From positions 1 through 64,000 of the forward strand of contig CBDBFU010000013.1 of the NCBI GenBank assembly GCA_965205025.1: a stretch of 64,000 nucleotides of DNA, in the 5' to 3' direction. The notes under the pieces are model-generated. The model searched no databases, was not told the DNA's origin, and saw only the letters and a program-made list of their open reading frames with translations. Shown here piece after piece: positions 1-10,768 of this stretch. This stretch comes from Candidatus Poribacteria bacterium (GTDB lineage Bacteria; Poribacteria; WGA-4E; WGA-3G). Position 1 is the first letter of the stretch; each line of letters starts with the position of its first letter. The position numbers were made by a program, and so were the translations under genes.

Positions 1-332
1 ATTGGGGAACGCTGTTTGGTTTACTAACCTCGACCATAAAAAGCGGCACGAAGATCTAATCCTTTACAAGAAATACTCTCCTGATGAATACCCGAAGTAC
101 GATAATTACGATGCTATCAACGTGAATAAAACGATCATATCCCAGCAGATTATGATGGAGAAATAGGCGTGCGATTAGTTTTTTAGACAAACATAGTCCC
201 AATCAGTTTGAAATTATCGGTATGGATCGACCTCTCACAACCCAGCTAACAGGCAAGCAGAGCAGATTTAAAATCGAAGGCAAAGAGATTTATGCGCGCA
301 TCGTTATCCGCAACAAGAGGATACAGCAATGA
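1..332 (+). pseudogene. C-terminal part of EcoRI-family adenine-specific DNA methyltransferase (5' truncated by window, frameshifted)
   Basis: Manual translation from nt 2 gives LGNAVWFTNLDHKKRHEDLILYKKYSPDEYPKYDNYDAINVNKT. After frameshifts it continues IPADYDGEIGV..ISFLDKHSPNQFEIIG..YARIVIRNKR. These motifs are typical of the EcoRI-type methylase C-terminus. The stop overlaps the next ATG. Confidence 0.8.
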
Positions 333-601
333 AAATCGAGTTGTTAGACCTTACGGTGCAAGAGCTTATCGAGGATTACAGCGACGATGGTGAAGGCGGC
401 GTGACCGGGTACGGAGGCAAATTGGATATACGACCACCATTTCAACGCGAGTTTATCTACAACGACAAGAAACGCAATGCAGTCATTGATTCCATCTTAA
501 AGGGTTTTCCGCTAAACGTGATGTACTGGGCAGACCGAGAAGACGGTACATTTGAGATCATTGACGGACAGCATGCGTACAATTTCCATTGCACAGTATG
601 A
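329..601 (+). pseudogene. DUF262 (GmrSD-like ParB-fold) nuclease-associated protein, N-terminal fragment
   Basis: IRPPFQREFIY, SILKGFPLNVMYW and FEIIDGQ(Q)RTISI motifs. There is a frameshift in DGQQR, and homology ends at a short repeat at ~602. Confidence 0.8.
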
Positions 602-865
602 CATTCATACCGTTGATTCGCGGGGAGAAATGTGTATCGCTTAAAACTGTCCAAACTATAGTATCACTTTAGATGACAGTATCGACTAATTCATAAGAAA
701 TAAATGATGATTACTAATAAAAACGATCCTAATTGCCAACTTTTATTTACGTCAAAAAATGCACATCTTATGACGGTTAGGAATGTCAAAATCAGAAAAC
801 ACAACAATAACACAAAATCACACTTTTTCGAATTTTCTTATAAATTCAATTCAAATGGAGTAAAG

Positions 866-1007
866 CCAGTCTATGACAGGGGTTACAGGGATAATTTACA
901 CCGATTTGAATGTCACACCGTGTGACAAAAAGTGTAACTTTTTTCATTTTTTCGAGGCATAGACTCATGCAACAACAACACGATCTACTGTCTAAGTATT
1001 TAGGATT
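866..1007 (+). repeat. Dispersed intergenic repeat family A (copies 866-1007 +, 58460-58598 +, core only 45146-45180 -)
   Basis: CTATGACAGGGGTTACA...AATGTYACAC..TGTRAC.AAAAGTGTAACTTTTTTCATTTTTT...ATGCAACAACAA...CTACTGTCT.AGTATTTAGGATT is shared with 58460-58598. Confidence 0.85.
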
Positions 1008-1147
1008 AAATGACTGTTTTTACACCTGATTTATTGTCTGTATATTAGGATTAACAATTCTAATTCATGGAAAACTAAGTATCTAATGATAAGTCTATTT
1101 ATATTCAGTTTTCTATATCAAAAATACCGTACTCCAGCGAGTACCAT

Positions 1148-1361
1148 TGTCTATAGAAAGAATTCTAAGGAACAGTCTGGCACTTCAGCGGAGGTGCTAT
1201 GTCCCAATACACTTCGTATGAAAAACATATAAGTACTAAATACATACTTAAGTTATACAACAATTAACAAATGTGATTCACGGAGAATTGGTATGTTTTA
1301 ATTATAAACCCATATAGAATAAGGGCTCGTAAAATTGCTCCGTGAAGGTTTCCGTGAAAGT
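1148..1361 (+). repeat. Dispersed MITE/REP-like repeat family B (copies 1148-1361 +, 31627-31837 -, 58655-58743 + partial)
   Basis: ATGTGATTCACGGAGAATTGG...TAGAATAAGGG.TCG.AAAATTGCTCCGTGAAGGTTTCCGTGAA is present three times, with an internal inverted repeat TTCACGGAG/CTCCGTGAA. Confidence 0.9.
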
Positions 1362-1620
1362 ACAACCATTTCAATACGACAAAAATTAACAGTTATTACA
1401 ATACACAGTATCCATACATCTAACATGACTAGAGAATAGATGTATACCAAAGATGATACTTGAGATAAATATTGGTATCCAGGTACGATAGCAGCGTAAT
1501 GTTTAGTGACAAAAACTTTACACCCCATAGATTCTATCTAATCTTTATAAAATCTATAACTTATGCTATCATTATAGAAATTGAATCAACAAATATAGAT
1601 TTCCTCACATTGAGGTAAAA

Positions 1621-2313
1621 ATGCTAAAATCAAATTCATTTCTAAAATACATTATTGTATTAGTGCTATTAATTCTTGCGTTTTTTATAGCAAGGTTTTT
1701 TTATGATTATGGTATGTCTGTAGCGCTTCAAGTTCCACTCTCTGGAGCTTTAGCCAGTTATAAACAGTTCCATGTGATTGAACATAATCTTTCAGAAATG
1801 GAGGATTTAAGAGAAGAATGTAAAAAACAATTGGGAAAAAATGTTAAGAATAGCAGATTGGAACGATATAGTAAAATACTATAATGACGGTGGATCAATT
1901 AAGGACTTCATTAATGGTCTAAAAATGAGTGTTAGAGAAGATAGAATGGATCCTGGTGAATTTAGTAAATTAAGACAAAAAGGACTACTGGGTAACGAAT
2001 ACCGTATTACGATGAATGGTAATTTGAGATGGCAGACAGGTCGACACTATTTTGTTGGACGGCACGATCATGTAAAACCACCGGGTTTTTTAGATCATGC
2101 AAATCTTGATAATTACCATTTGACAGTAGGTTCGTGGTTTGGAACTGGTGGGTTTTGCCTTATGTTATGGAGAATCAAGTTCTAATGTTTTTAACTTTCA
2201 AGCTATTCTAAACTTCATTACAAAAACTGTTTACCATACTTTTTGTTGGGTTTTTACTCCTTATTGCTGTATTAATTTCAATGGGAATACTAAACAAAGG
2301 ATCACAGCAATAG
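1621..2313 (+). pseudogene. Hypothetical membrane-anchored protein, apparently one gene broken by homopolymer frameshifts (ORFs 1621-1884, 1841-2185, 2139-)
   Basis: The overlapping same-strand ORFs join at A6 (~1836-1841) and T4/T5 runs (~2153, ~2240). The N-terminus is a TM segment, and a shifted frame ends in a hydrophobic FVGFLLLIAVLISMG tail. Confidence 0.45.
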
Positions 2314-2342
2314 TTTTTAAGGAGATTCCGATCCCGAACCAA

Positions 2343-2843
2343 TTACTCTTGATATTTAAACTTATTCATCCAATATAAGTGGTGATTTATTAAATTGGTG
2401 TCGGATCTTATTCGCAGCGGAATAAACAGCCTTTTTTTGTATGATTTTACGAGCCAATCTCTTTTTACCCGGAAATCACTCAGTATTATTCCTGCAAAAA
2501 TGGTTAACAACCCCTGACCAGGTATACCCGGAACAGACAGCAATATACCCACAATGACAAGAATTCCACCAATAAGATTTTTTGAGACAGAAACAAGAAT
2601 CCTCAAAAACAGATTGTCAATGTGTTTACCTTGTTTTGATTCAGTGAAGTAATCGGAAGGAAGAAATGTAATAAGGGCTGCACATCCAATAATACTTAGT
2701 AGGATACTGGAAACCGATATAATTCCTAATAATAACTTATAGTCATTCAGGAAATACAGAATAGGTGAAATGAACTGCCAGAGATATATAAACCAACCAG
2801 CAAGAGTATCCCAACAACTACTAAAGAAATCTATCAACCACAA
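2343..2843 (-). CDS. PGPGW-like transmembrane protein (probable -1 frameshift near 2470)
   Basis: KNLIGGILVIVGILLSVPGIPGQGLLTIFAGIILSDF. The family-like continuation FPGKKRL lies in another frame. Confidence 0.7.
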   Translation of the reverse strand: MWLIDFFSSCWDTLAGWFIYLWQFISPILYFLNDYKLLLGIISVSSILLSIIGCAALITFLPSDYFTESKQGKHIDNLFLRILVSVSKNLIGGILVIVGILLSVPGIPGQGLLTIFAGIILSDFRVKRDWLVKSYKKRLFIPLRIRSDTNLINHHLYWMNKFKYQE

Positions 2844-2865
2844 AAGGCGTTTTCTCCTAACCTAT

Positions 2866-3666
2866 TCATCTTCGAGCAACTGCCCCACCGTCTACAGTCA
2901 TAATTTCTCCACTAATATAAGCAGCATCATCAGAAGCAAGAAACAATACTGCGCCAATATAATCCCAGACAGTGGCAGATCGCTCAAGTGGAGCATCTGT
3001 AGGAGCAGGTATTAACTCTGGCAAACTATCATCTTCAGGTAGGTTATGTGGAGCATTCATACCTGTCGGAGCACCGCCACCTGGAGCAATTGCGTTGACT
3101 GTAATGCCATGGGGACGAAGTTCTAACGCCAGACTCCGGGTTAACCGATTAACTGCTGCTTTACTCACACAATAACTTAATACACCAGCATGTGATTCTT
3201 CAGCAAAAATAGATGAATTATTAATAATCCTACCGCGAGTTCCATCTGCAATCATCACCTTCGCAACTGCCTGAGAACATAATAGACAACCTTTTACATT
3301 TACTGCCATCACATGATCAAATCCTTGAGGGATAAGTTCCAAAAGTGGTTGTCGATTAATAATTCCTGCGTTATTAAATAAAACATCAATCTGGCCAAAT
3401 GTTTGAATTGTCTTATCAACAGCTGATTGAACTTGCTCTGGTTTAGTAACATCTAATGGAATGGAAATGGCATGTCTGCCTAAACCCCTTATTTCTTTAA
3501 CAACAGCATCTGAACTTCTTCCTCCTGCAACGACAATTTTTGCCCCTTCTTTAGCAAAAGCCAAACACGCTGCACGACCAATTCCTAAAGGTCCGCCACC
3601 CCCAGTGACAAACACCACTTGATTTTCAAACCGCATCGGATTGTTTTCCATTTTAATACACCCCAA
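2866..3666 (-). CDS. SDR family NAD(P)-dependent oxidoreductase (likely start ~3651 or 3636)
   Basis: VTGGGGPLGIG, NNAG, catalytic YCVSK and VDGG motifs. Confidence 0.92.
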   Translation of the reverse strand: MGCIKMENNPMRFENQVVFVTGGGGPLGIGRAACLAFAKEGAKIVVAGGRSSDAVVKEIRGLGRHAISIPLDVTKPEQVQSAVDKTIQTFGQIDVLFNNAGIINRQPLLELIPQGFDHVMAVNVKGCLLCSQAVAKVMIADGTRGRIINNSSIFAEESHAGVLSYCVSKAAVNRLTRSLALELRPHGITVNAIAPGGGAPTGMNAPHNLPEDDSLPELIPAPTDAPLERSATVWDYIGAVLFLASDDAAYISGEIMTVDGGAVARR

Positions 3667-3737
3667 TATTATACTAACATATAAACCACTGTATGTAAAA
3701 GACTAAATTGAGAATGTATGACGAATATTAAAAAGAA

Positions 3738-3769
3738 CAACCCAACCTACAAAATAATAGGTTGGGTTG
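3738..3769 (-). terminator. Stem-loop downstream of VOC gene (terminator and/or GTAG-type REP doublet)
   Basis: CAACCCAACCTA-8nt-TAGGTTGGGTTG perfect 12-bp stem, with a T-run on the minus strand nearby. Confidence 0.6.
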
Positions 3770-3828
3770 AATAATCAAGCTTCCTGAAATGAGATTTATA
3801 GTCTTAAGTATCTCAATCAAATCGGAAT

Positions 3829-4254
3829 TTAATTTTCCTGAGTATGTTCAGCTATAATATCCCAATTGATACCAAATTTATCGGTTAATTTCCCATAATA
3901 TGCACCCCAGAAAGCATCTTCCATAGGATACAAAACTTTTCCACCAGTGGTTAGTTTCGCAAATATTTCATCTGCATGTGCTTTACTTTCCGCTTCAAAA
4001 CATAAAGAAAAGTTATTTCCCATCACTCGTGGGGGTCCAAGCGAAGAGCAAGATTCACTTCCCATCAATACACTTGATCCTATAGGTAAGGATACATGCA
4101 TTATACGGTCAAGATCCTCTTCAGCTACAGGTAAATCGTCGGGGCCATCCCGATAAGTCATTAAGCTTGAAAATTCACCACCAAAAACAGATTTGTAGTA
4201 TTCAAATGCTTCAAGACAGTTTTCATTGAACCATAGGTATGTGTTAATCTTCAT
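3829..4254 (-). CDS. VOC/PhnB (3-demethylubiquinone-9 3-methyltransferase-like) family protein
   Basis: YLWFNENCLEAFEYYKSVFG, IMHVSL, FWGAYYGKLTDKFGINW. Confidence 0.9.
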   Translation of the reverse strand: MKINTYLWFNENCLEAFEYYKSVFGGEFSSLMTYRDGPDDLPVAEEDLDRIMHVSLPIGSSVLMGSESCSSLGPPRVMGNNFSLCFEAESKAHADEIFAKLTTGGKVLYPMEDAFWGAYYGKLTDKFGINWDIIAEHTQEN

Positions 4255-4413
4255 GAATTTCTCCTAATCATAAAATATATTAATAGATATGTGATTTAAT
4301 CACAACAATTACACGTTATTGTGGGTAATATAGTTTCATTTGCCATTCCAATTCCTTGAAATTAAAATCAATATATAATATGATATTTACATCCCATTTC
4401 AAGGAGTAAATGA

Positions 4414-5919
4414 ATGAGTCTTTTGGGTATTGATGTTGGAACTACAGGATGTAAAGTTATTTCATTCCGTGAGGATGGTGAAATCTTATCACAAGCTTAT
4501 GGTGAGTATCCTCTGATACATCCACAACCTGGATGGTCTGAACTTGATAGTAATGTGGTATGGGAAAAGGTATCAGATGGTATACGAAAGGTAGCATCAG
4601 AAACAAAATCTGATCCTATAGAAGCTATCTCCGTTGCATCTCAAGGAGAAGCCGTAACACCAGTATGGGGTAATTGTGAAGTTCTTGCCAATGCAATTAC
4701 AACCTTTGATTCCCGTACAATTGGTATCTGTGATGAATTGCTACAGGATATAAGTCCTTTAGAAATTATGCAAATCACTGGTATGCCACCAAGTGATATC
4801 CATACTCTTGCTAAAATAGTATGGATACAAAGAAACCAACCAGATTTATATGGAGAAGTTTGGAAATTTTTCGGATTTGAGGATTTTGTCAATTTCAGAT
4901 TAGGTGTTCAATTGGCAGTTGATTATTCTCTGGCTGCACGTACTATGTTTTTCGACATCATAAATAAAACATGGTCGGAGAAGATGCTTAATCTTGCTAA
5001 TATTGATCCTGAACTCTTACCTGAACCTGTATCTTCTGGTACAATAATCGGTGAAATAGGCAATAAAGTTTCCAATGAACTTGGTCTACCAACGGGTGTA
5101 GTTGTCGTTGCAGGTGGTCATGACCAACCCTGTGGAGCATTAGGTGCAGGGATTATTCGAGGTGGTGAACTCATGGATGCTACGGGGACTGTTGAATGTA
5201 TTGCACCTGCATTTTCTGAACCGGTTATAAATAATCAGATGATTGAAGGAAATTTTGCCTGTTATCCACATGTTGTTGAAGATTTATATGTTACCTTAGG
5301 TTTTGTCTCAAGCGGGGGTGTAGTTCTCCGTTGGTTTAGAGATAATTTTGCAGAAGCCGAAGTTGCCCAAGCCACAGCAGAAGGTCGTGACGTTTATGAC
5401 ATCTTGTTAGAAGATATGCCAGATAACCCAAGTGCAGCAATGCTCCTACCTCATTTTACTGGTTCTGGAACACCACACCTTGACTTAGAATCAAAAGGGG
5501 CAATTGTTGGATTAACTCTTTCAACTACCAAGACAGAACTTGTCAAATCAATACTTGAAGGAATTAGTTATGAAATTAAGCAGAATCTTTCAATGTTACA
5601 AGAAGCAGGTGTTGAAATTAATGAGGTACGCGCTATCGGGGGTGGAGCGAAATCTGACAAGTGGTTACAACTCAAAGCAGATATGTTTGGGAAAAAGGTA
5701 ATTGCCCTTGATATTTCTGAAGGTGTATGTTTGGGAACAGCTATCCTATCAGGTACTGCTATAGGTAAGTATAATTCTATCGAAGAAGCAGTTGATCTAT
5801 TAGTAAAACCCCGTGAAACATTCTATCCTCGTGAAGAAATTGCTAAACAATATGATGAAAAACTACACATTTATCAAGAAATATATCCGTCAATCAAAGA
5901 AATTAATGATAAATTGTAA
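4414..5919 (+). CDS. FGGY-family carbohydrate kinase (xylulokinase-like)
   Basis: LGIDVGTTGCK, GGHDQ, GGGAKS motifs. GGAG RBS. Confidence 0.92.
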   Translation: MSLLGIDVGTTGCKVISFREDGEILSQAYGEYPLIHPQPGWSELDSNVVWEKVSDGIRKVASETKSDPIEAISVASQGEAVTPVWGNCEVLANAITTFDSRTIGICDELLQDISPLEIMQITGMPPSDIHTLAKIVWIQRNQPDLYGEVWKFFGFEDFVNFRLGVQLAVDYSLAARTMFFDIINKTWSEKMLNLANIDPELLPEPVSSGTIIGEIGNKVSNELGLPTGVVVVAGGHDQPCGALGAGIIRGGELMDATGTVECIAPAFSEPVINNQMIEGNFACYPHVVEDLYVTLGFVSSGGVVLRWFRDNFAEAEVAQATAEGRDVYDILLEDMPDNPSAAMLLPHFTGSGTPHLDLESKGAIVGLTLSTTKTELVKSILEGISYEIKQNLSMLQEAGVEINEVRAIGGGAKSDKWLQLKADMFGKKVIALDISEGVCLGTAILSGTAIGKYNSIEEAVDLLVKPRETFYPREEIAKQYDEKLHIYQEIYPSIKEINDKL

Positions 5920-5944
5920 GTTGTAAACATCACACAAAATAATT

Positions 5945-6898
5945 ATGTCAGATTATGTTGTAGGAATCGACATTGGAGGAACAAAACTCGCAACTGTTGT
6001 TGCTGACAAAACCGGAAATATCCTCAATAAAGTCCGTAAACCAACTCATTCTGAAAAAGGACCAGAATTTGCTATCCAAACACTCTTTGAAATGATCTAT
6101 CAGACAATACAAGATGTTGATATAGATAAAAAAGACATTTCAGGAATTGGTGTTAGTTGTGGTGGTCCTTTAGATACAAAAACCGGTATTGTCTATTCTC
6201 CTCCAAACCTACCGGGATGGGATGCATTTCCACTAAAAGATCGACTTGAAGACGAATTTAATATACAAACTGTTATAGAAAACGATGCAAATGCATCAGC
6301 ACTTGCTGAGTTTCGTTTTGGTGGTGCAAGGGGTTATAATGTTGTCCTCTATATGACAATGAGTACAGGAATTGGTGGAGGTATTGTAATCAATGGAGAG
6401 ATATATCATGGTGCCAACGATTCCGCTGGTGAAGTAGGACATCAAATTTTACTACCAAATGGACCACAATGTGGTTGTGGGAAACGGGGTTGTCTTGAAG
6501 CACTATGCTCTGGACCCTCAATAGCAAGACGTGCCAAAGAATCAGTAGAAAGAAATTCTGATAGTTTGATTCTTTCACTGGCAAATCATGATATAGATTC
6601 AATTAAATCAGAACATGTCCTTGAAGCTGCACAACAGGGTGATGCATTAGCAATACAGTTAGTTGATGTGACTGCATACTATATGGGATGGGGTATTGCA
6701 AATCTGGTGAATATCATTAATCCTGACATAGTTCTATTAGGTACAATCGCAATTGCTGCTGGGGATCTTCTTCTAAACCCAATACGTAAGACAGTTGCAG
6801 ATCTTGCCATGACTCGTCCTGCGGAAATAGTGAAGATAATGCCGGCAGAATTAGGTGAATCGTTAGGTGATATGGCTGCAATTTCTTTAGTCGTATAG
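5945..6898 (+). CDS. ROK family sugar kinase (glucokinase-like)
   Basis: GIDIGGTK, ENDANA, STGIGGG, GEVGH, CGCGKRGCLE. Confidence 0.93.
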   Translation: MSDYVVGIDIGGTKLATVVADKTGNILNKVRKPTHSEKGPEFAIQTLFEMIYQTIQDVDIDKKDISGIGVSCGGPLDTKTGIVYSPPNLPGWDAFPLKDRLEDEFNIQTVIENDANASALAEFRFGGARGYNVVLYMTMSTGIGGGIVINGEIYHGANDSAGEVGHQILLPNGPQCGCGKRGCLEALCSGPSIARRAKESVERNSDSLILSLANHDIDSIKSEHVLEAAQQGDALAIQLVDVTAYYMGWGIANLVNIINPDIVLLGTIAIAAGDLLLNPIRKTVADLAMTRPAEIVKIMPAELGESLGDMAAISLVV

Positions 6899-6934
6899 AT
6901 TTCAATATTCAGTAAAATCGGTGAGAATGAAAAT

Positions 6935-7498
6935 ATGGAGAGAATCCAAAGGTATATAACACATCTACAAGAAGTTTTGAATCAATTAAATATAGAGGAT
7001 GTTAGAAAATCCATAGATGTCATCATGGACGCATATTATAATAACAAGCAGATATTTGTTATTGGAAATGGTGGAAGTGCATCTACTGCATCCCATATCG
7101 CATGTGATCTTGGGAAAGGTACAAGTATACACAGTAAACCAAGATTCAAGGTTATCAGTTTAACTGATAATGTTGCAACTATGACTGCTTGGTCTAATGA
7201 TGTTTCTTATGATGATGTATTTATAGAACAACTTAAGAATCTTGTTAACACTGGGGATGTAGTGATTGGAATAAGTGCAAGTGGGAATTCTGAGAATGTA
7301 ATACGCGCCATGCAATATGCTGTTAATACAGGATGCAAAACTGTAGGATGGAGTGGGTTTGGTGGTGGTAAATTAGCAGACTTATGTGAAGTAAATGTTG
7401 TAGTTGACAGTAACCAATATGGACCTGTTGAAGATGTACATCTAATATTAAATCATATACTTCATGCCTGGATTTCAGAAGAATTTCAAGATAATTAA
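6935..7498 (+). CDS. gmhA: SIS-domain phosphoheptose isomerase GmhA-like
   Basis: GNGGSASTASH, ND, ISASGNSENV, EDVHL motifs. Confidence 0.85.
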   Translation: MERIQRYITHLQEVLNQLNIEDVRKSIDVIMDAYYNNKQIFVIGNGGSASTASHIACDLGKGTSIHSKPRFKVISLTDNVATMTAWSNDVSYDDVFIEQLKNLVNTGDVVIGISASGNSENVIRAMQYAVNTGCKTVGWSGFGGGKLADLCEVNVVVDSNQYGPVEDVHLILNHILHAWISEEFQDN

Positions 7499-7664
7499 TA
7501 TCTTATTCCATGTTCAGAACACTAACATTTTTTAATGACCATAATTATTACACCATCATAAGTCCGATTCAACATTCTTGACACTACTACCTACAATAGG
7601 TTATACTAAACAGATAAAGGAATGTAATTTTACACCTACAAACCAATATCAATGGAGATTGAAG

Positions 7665-9200
7665 ATGAGAATAAATACTTCTATACTATATGTATTACTT
7701 CTTTTTACAATTCCATTCATTTTAATTAACGGGTCATTTGCTCAAGATGATGGATTAGTCTATATTATAGACATTCGTTCTGAAATTGGTGGTGGTGTTA
7801 GTACATACATTAAGAAGGGAATCCAAAAGGCTGAACAAGTACAAGCTGACGCAATTATCTTTGATGTTGATACACCGGGTGGACGTGTTGATGCCGCTGT
7901 TAGAATTATCAGATCTATACAAAAAACTTCAATACCCACAATTGCATTTGTCAATAGACAAGCGATTTCCGCTGGTGCAATGATCTGTTCAGCATGTGAT
8001 CAAATTGTTATGACACCGGGAGCTACGATTGGGGATTCAGCACCTGTTGATGCACAGGGGAATGAGGCAAATGAAAAAGCAGTAACATATATCAGAGCAA
8101 CCATACGATCTACTGCTGAACGTCAAGGAAGGAATTCTGATATCGCTGAAGCAATGGTTGACAAAAGACTTGTACTTGTTCGTTTAAATGATGGTGAAAT
8201 TGTCAGAATGCGTCCAGAGGAGTTTCTTGATGAACAAGATGCTGGAACCCAGATGGAAGTCCTATGTGCAGAAGGTGAATTACTTACTCTAACGACAAGA
8301 GAAGCATTGGAATATGGTTTTGTTGAGACCCAGGCTATAAGTATATCCGGATTGTTGGAACAATACCAAATTGTGAATTATGAACGGGATTATGGTGATA
8401 GAATTGAGACAATCAAATTGGCTCTTACAAATGATGATTACCTGAGTAGAAAACAAGGAAGTAAGGGAGATAGATACACATCAATTAAATCACTTAGTGA
8501 AGTTCAAGTAGAGAGATTTGTTGTTACACTTGCGGATAGAACAGTGTTTTTCATTACGAGTCCTTACATCAGTGCTCTATTACTGTCTTTAGGCGGTATT
8601 GGTCTATTAATAGAAATACGTACACCGGGATTTGGTGTACCAGGATTACTTGGTATTCTCTTTATTGGTCTATTCTTCGGTGGATATATGTTGAATGATA
8701 TTTCTCAACCTTGGCTACCTTTTATCTTTATATTAGGTTTAGGATTAATAATTATTGAGGTATTTGTAATTCCAGGATTTGGTATTGCTGGTATTCTTGG
8801 TTTATTCTTGATGTTTGGTAGTGTATTTTTCGTGTTCTTTCAAAATACGGATGATCTTGGTGTAGCATTACTGTGGTTGTCAATATCGGTTATATTGACT
8901 TCAGTGTTAGCAATTCTTGCTACAATATATTTACCCAAATCATCTCCATTCCAAAAAATTGCATTATCTACAGTGATGAGTACCGAGGAAGGATATCACT
9001 CAGCTGGAACATTGGATTTTAACAGTTTTCTTGGAAAAACAGGTGTTGCTCTCACCCCATTACGGCCTGCTGGGACAGCTCGAATTGAAAATAAACGGTT
9101 AGATGTTGTAACGGTTGGTGATTTCATTCCTCAGAATACACCCATAAAGGTTAGTGAGGTAGAAGGTTCAAAAATAGCAGTTGAGGTATTTGAGGAATGA
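7665..9200 (+). CDS. nfeD: NfeD1/YqeZ-type membrane-bound serine protease (ClpP-like + TM + OB fold)
   Basis: DTPGG, AISAGA, EIRTPGFG and LTPLRPAG motifs. ATG at 7665 follows GGAG (ORF-track start is 7578). Confidence 0.9.
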   Translation: MRINTSILYVLLLFTIPFILINGSFAQDDGLVYIIDIRSEIGGGVSTYIKKGIQKAEQVQADAIIFDVDTPGGRVDAAVRIIRSIQKTSIPTIAFVNRQAISAGAMICSACDQIVMTPGATIGDSAPVDAQGNEANEKAVTYIRATIRSTAERQGRNSDIAEAMVDKRLVLVRLNDGEIVRMRPEEFLDEQDAGTQMEVLCAEGELLTLTTREALEYGFVETQAISISGLLEQYQIVNYERDYGDRIETIKLALTNDDYLSRKQGSKGDRYTSIKSLSEVQVERFVVTLADRTVFFITSPYISALLLSLGGIGLLIEIRTPGFGVPGLLGILFIGLFFGGYMLNDISQPWLPFIFILGLGLIIIEVFVIPGFGIAGILGLFLMFGSVFFVFFQNTDDLGVALLWLSISVILTSVLAILATIYLPKSSPFQKIALSTVMSTEEGYHSAGTLDFNSFLGKTGVALTPLRPAGTARIENKRLDVVTVGDFIPQNTPIKVSEVEGSKIAVEVFEE

Positions 9201-9301
9201 CATTCTATAATTATCATAATATCATTGTCTCTGGTTAGTATACTCAATTGACTAATTATCAGAATTTTCTGGAATACAACTTAAATCTAATGTATTGAAG
9301 A

Positions 9302-9799
9302 TTGGAGAAAATTATTATGTTATGGGTTCCAACGATACTGATTGCACTTGGAATTTTATTAATCTTCATTGAGATCTTGATATTACCTGGATTTGGTGCT
9401 GCAGGCATCCCTGGTATAATAATATTTTGTGTAGGTGTAGGATTAATCTGGTCGAAATCTGGTCTGACAACTGCTGCAATATATACTTGTGTGTCACTTA
9501 TTTTCGTGATCCCAATTTCAATCATCGGTCTATCACTTATCCGTGATTCAGCGATTGGTAAGATATTTATTTTAAATGCTGCAGAAAGAAGTGATGAGGG
9601 ATATCATGCTGCCCGTGAGGAATTAACAACCCTTATTGGGAAATCAGGCAAAGCAGTAACTCCACTTAGACCAGCAGGAGTCGCACTTATTAACGGACAA
9701 CGAATTGATATTGTTACTCAGGGTGAGTTTGTAGAACCAGAAACTGAAATTGAAGTTATACAAGTTGAAGGAAGTCGTGTGATTGTTAGGAGTTTATAG
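9302..9799 (+). CDS. Short NfeD-family protein (TM + OB fold)
   Basis: EILILPGFG, VTPLRPAG, EVIQVEGSRVIV. Confidence 0.88.
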   Translation: MEKIIMLWVPTILIALGILLIFIEILILPGFGAAGIPGIIIFCVGVGLIWSKSGLTTAAIYTCVSLIFVIPISIIGLSLIRDSAIGKIFILNAAERSDEGYHAAREELTTLIGKSGKAVTPLRPAGVALINGQRIDIVTQGEFVEPETEIEVIQVEGSRVIVRSL

Positions 9800-9845
9800 T
9801 TATTAAGATCTATTAGTTTAAAGAGATCTATGAAAGGAGTTTGAA

Positions 9846-10766
9846 ATGGGAGAATTCTTACCCGTATTGCCTATATTTGCAGTACTTTTCCTTATTGTTA
9901 TATTTATATTCTTCTGGTTTGTTCCAGTTGGTCTTTGGATAGCAGCTGTAGCAGCAGGTGTTCCACTTCGAATATTTGAATTAATTGGAATGCGTTTAAG
10001 AAGAGTCAATCCAAATGTAATTGTTAGGGCATTAATCAGTAGTCATAAGGCTGGCTTAACTGTATCAACCCCAGATTTAGAAGCACACTATCTCGCAGGA
10101 GGAAATGTCCTGAATGTTGTCAGTGCGCTCATTGCTGCAGACAAAGCAAGAAACATCACTCTTGATTTTGCCCAATCTGCTGCCATTGATTTGGCAGGTA
10201 GAGATGTATTTGAAGCAGTACAAATTAGTGTTAATCCAAGAGTAATTACAACACCAAGTATTAGTGCGCTTGCACTTGACGGAGTTGAACTAATTGCTAC
10301 TGTGAGGATTACTGTAAGGACATTTATCAATCGTTTGGTTGGTGGTGCCGGTGAAGAAACGATAATTGCACGTGTAGGTGAAGGTATTATTAGTGCTATT
10401 GGTGCCTCCGATACCTACGAAGATGTCCTTGAAAATCCAGACATCATTACAAAAACTGTTCTGGACAGCGGATTAGATGCCGGTACCGCGTTTGAAATCC
10501 TGTCTATTGATATCGCAGATGTAAATGTAGGGAAAAATATCGGTGCTGAACTTCAAGCTGAACAGGCAGAAGCAGACCTTGTCGTAGCTCAGGCTAAAGC
10601 AGAAGAACGTCGGGCACTCGCTGTTGCAAGGAAACAGGAGATGACTGCAAGTGTTCAGGAAAAAAGAGCGCAGGTGGTTGAAGCGGAATCTTCTGTCCCA
10701 AGAGCACTTGCAAATGCATTTCGTGAAGGCAATTTAGACATTTCACCTATAACCGAAGGAGAATAA
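9846..10766 (+). CDS. floA: Flotillin-like protein FloA (YqfA/UPF0365), copy 1
   Basis: [38 protein letters not shown]. Confidence 0.93.
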   Translation: MGEFLPVLPIFAVLFLIVIFIFFWFVPVGLWIAAVAAGVPLRIFELIGMRLRRVNPNVIVRALISSHKAGLTVSTPDLEAHYLAGGNVLNVVSALIAADKARNITLDFAQSAAIDLAGRDVFEAVQISVNPRVITTPSISALALDGVELIATVRITVRTFINRLVGGAGEETIIARVGEGIISAIGASDTYEDVLENPDIITKTVLDSGLDAGTAFEILSIDIADVNVGKNIGAELQAEQAEADLVVAQAKAEERRALAVARKQEMTASVQEKRAQVVEAESSVPRALANAFREGNLDISPITEGE

Positions 10767-10768
10767 TA

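Noticed and set aside
704-1528. ORFs 704-925 and 1298-1528
   Set aside because: They overlap non-coding repeat families A/B and have no recognisable protein motifs.
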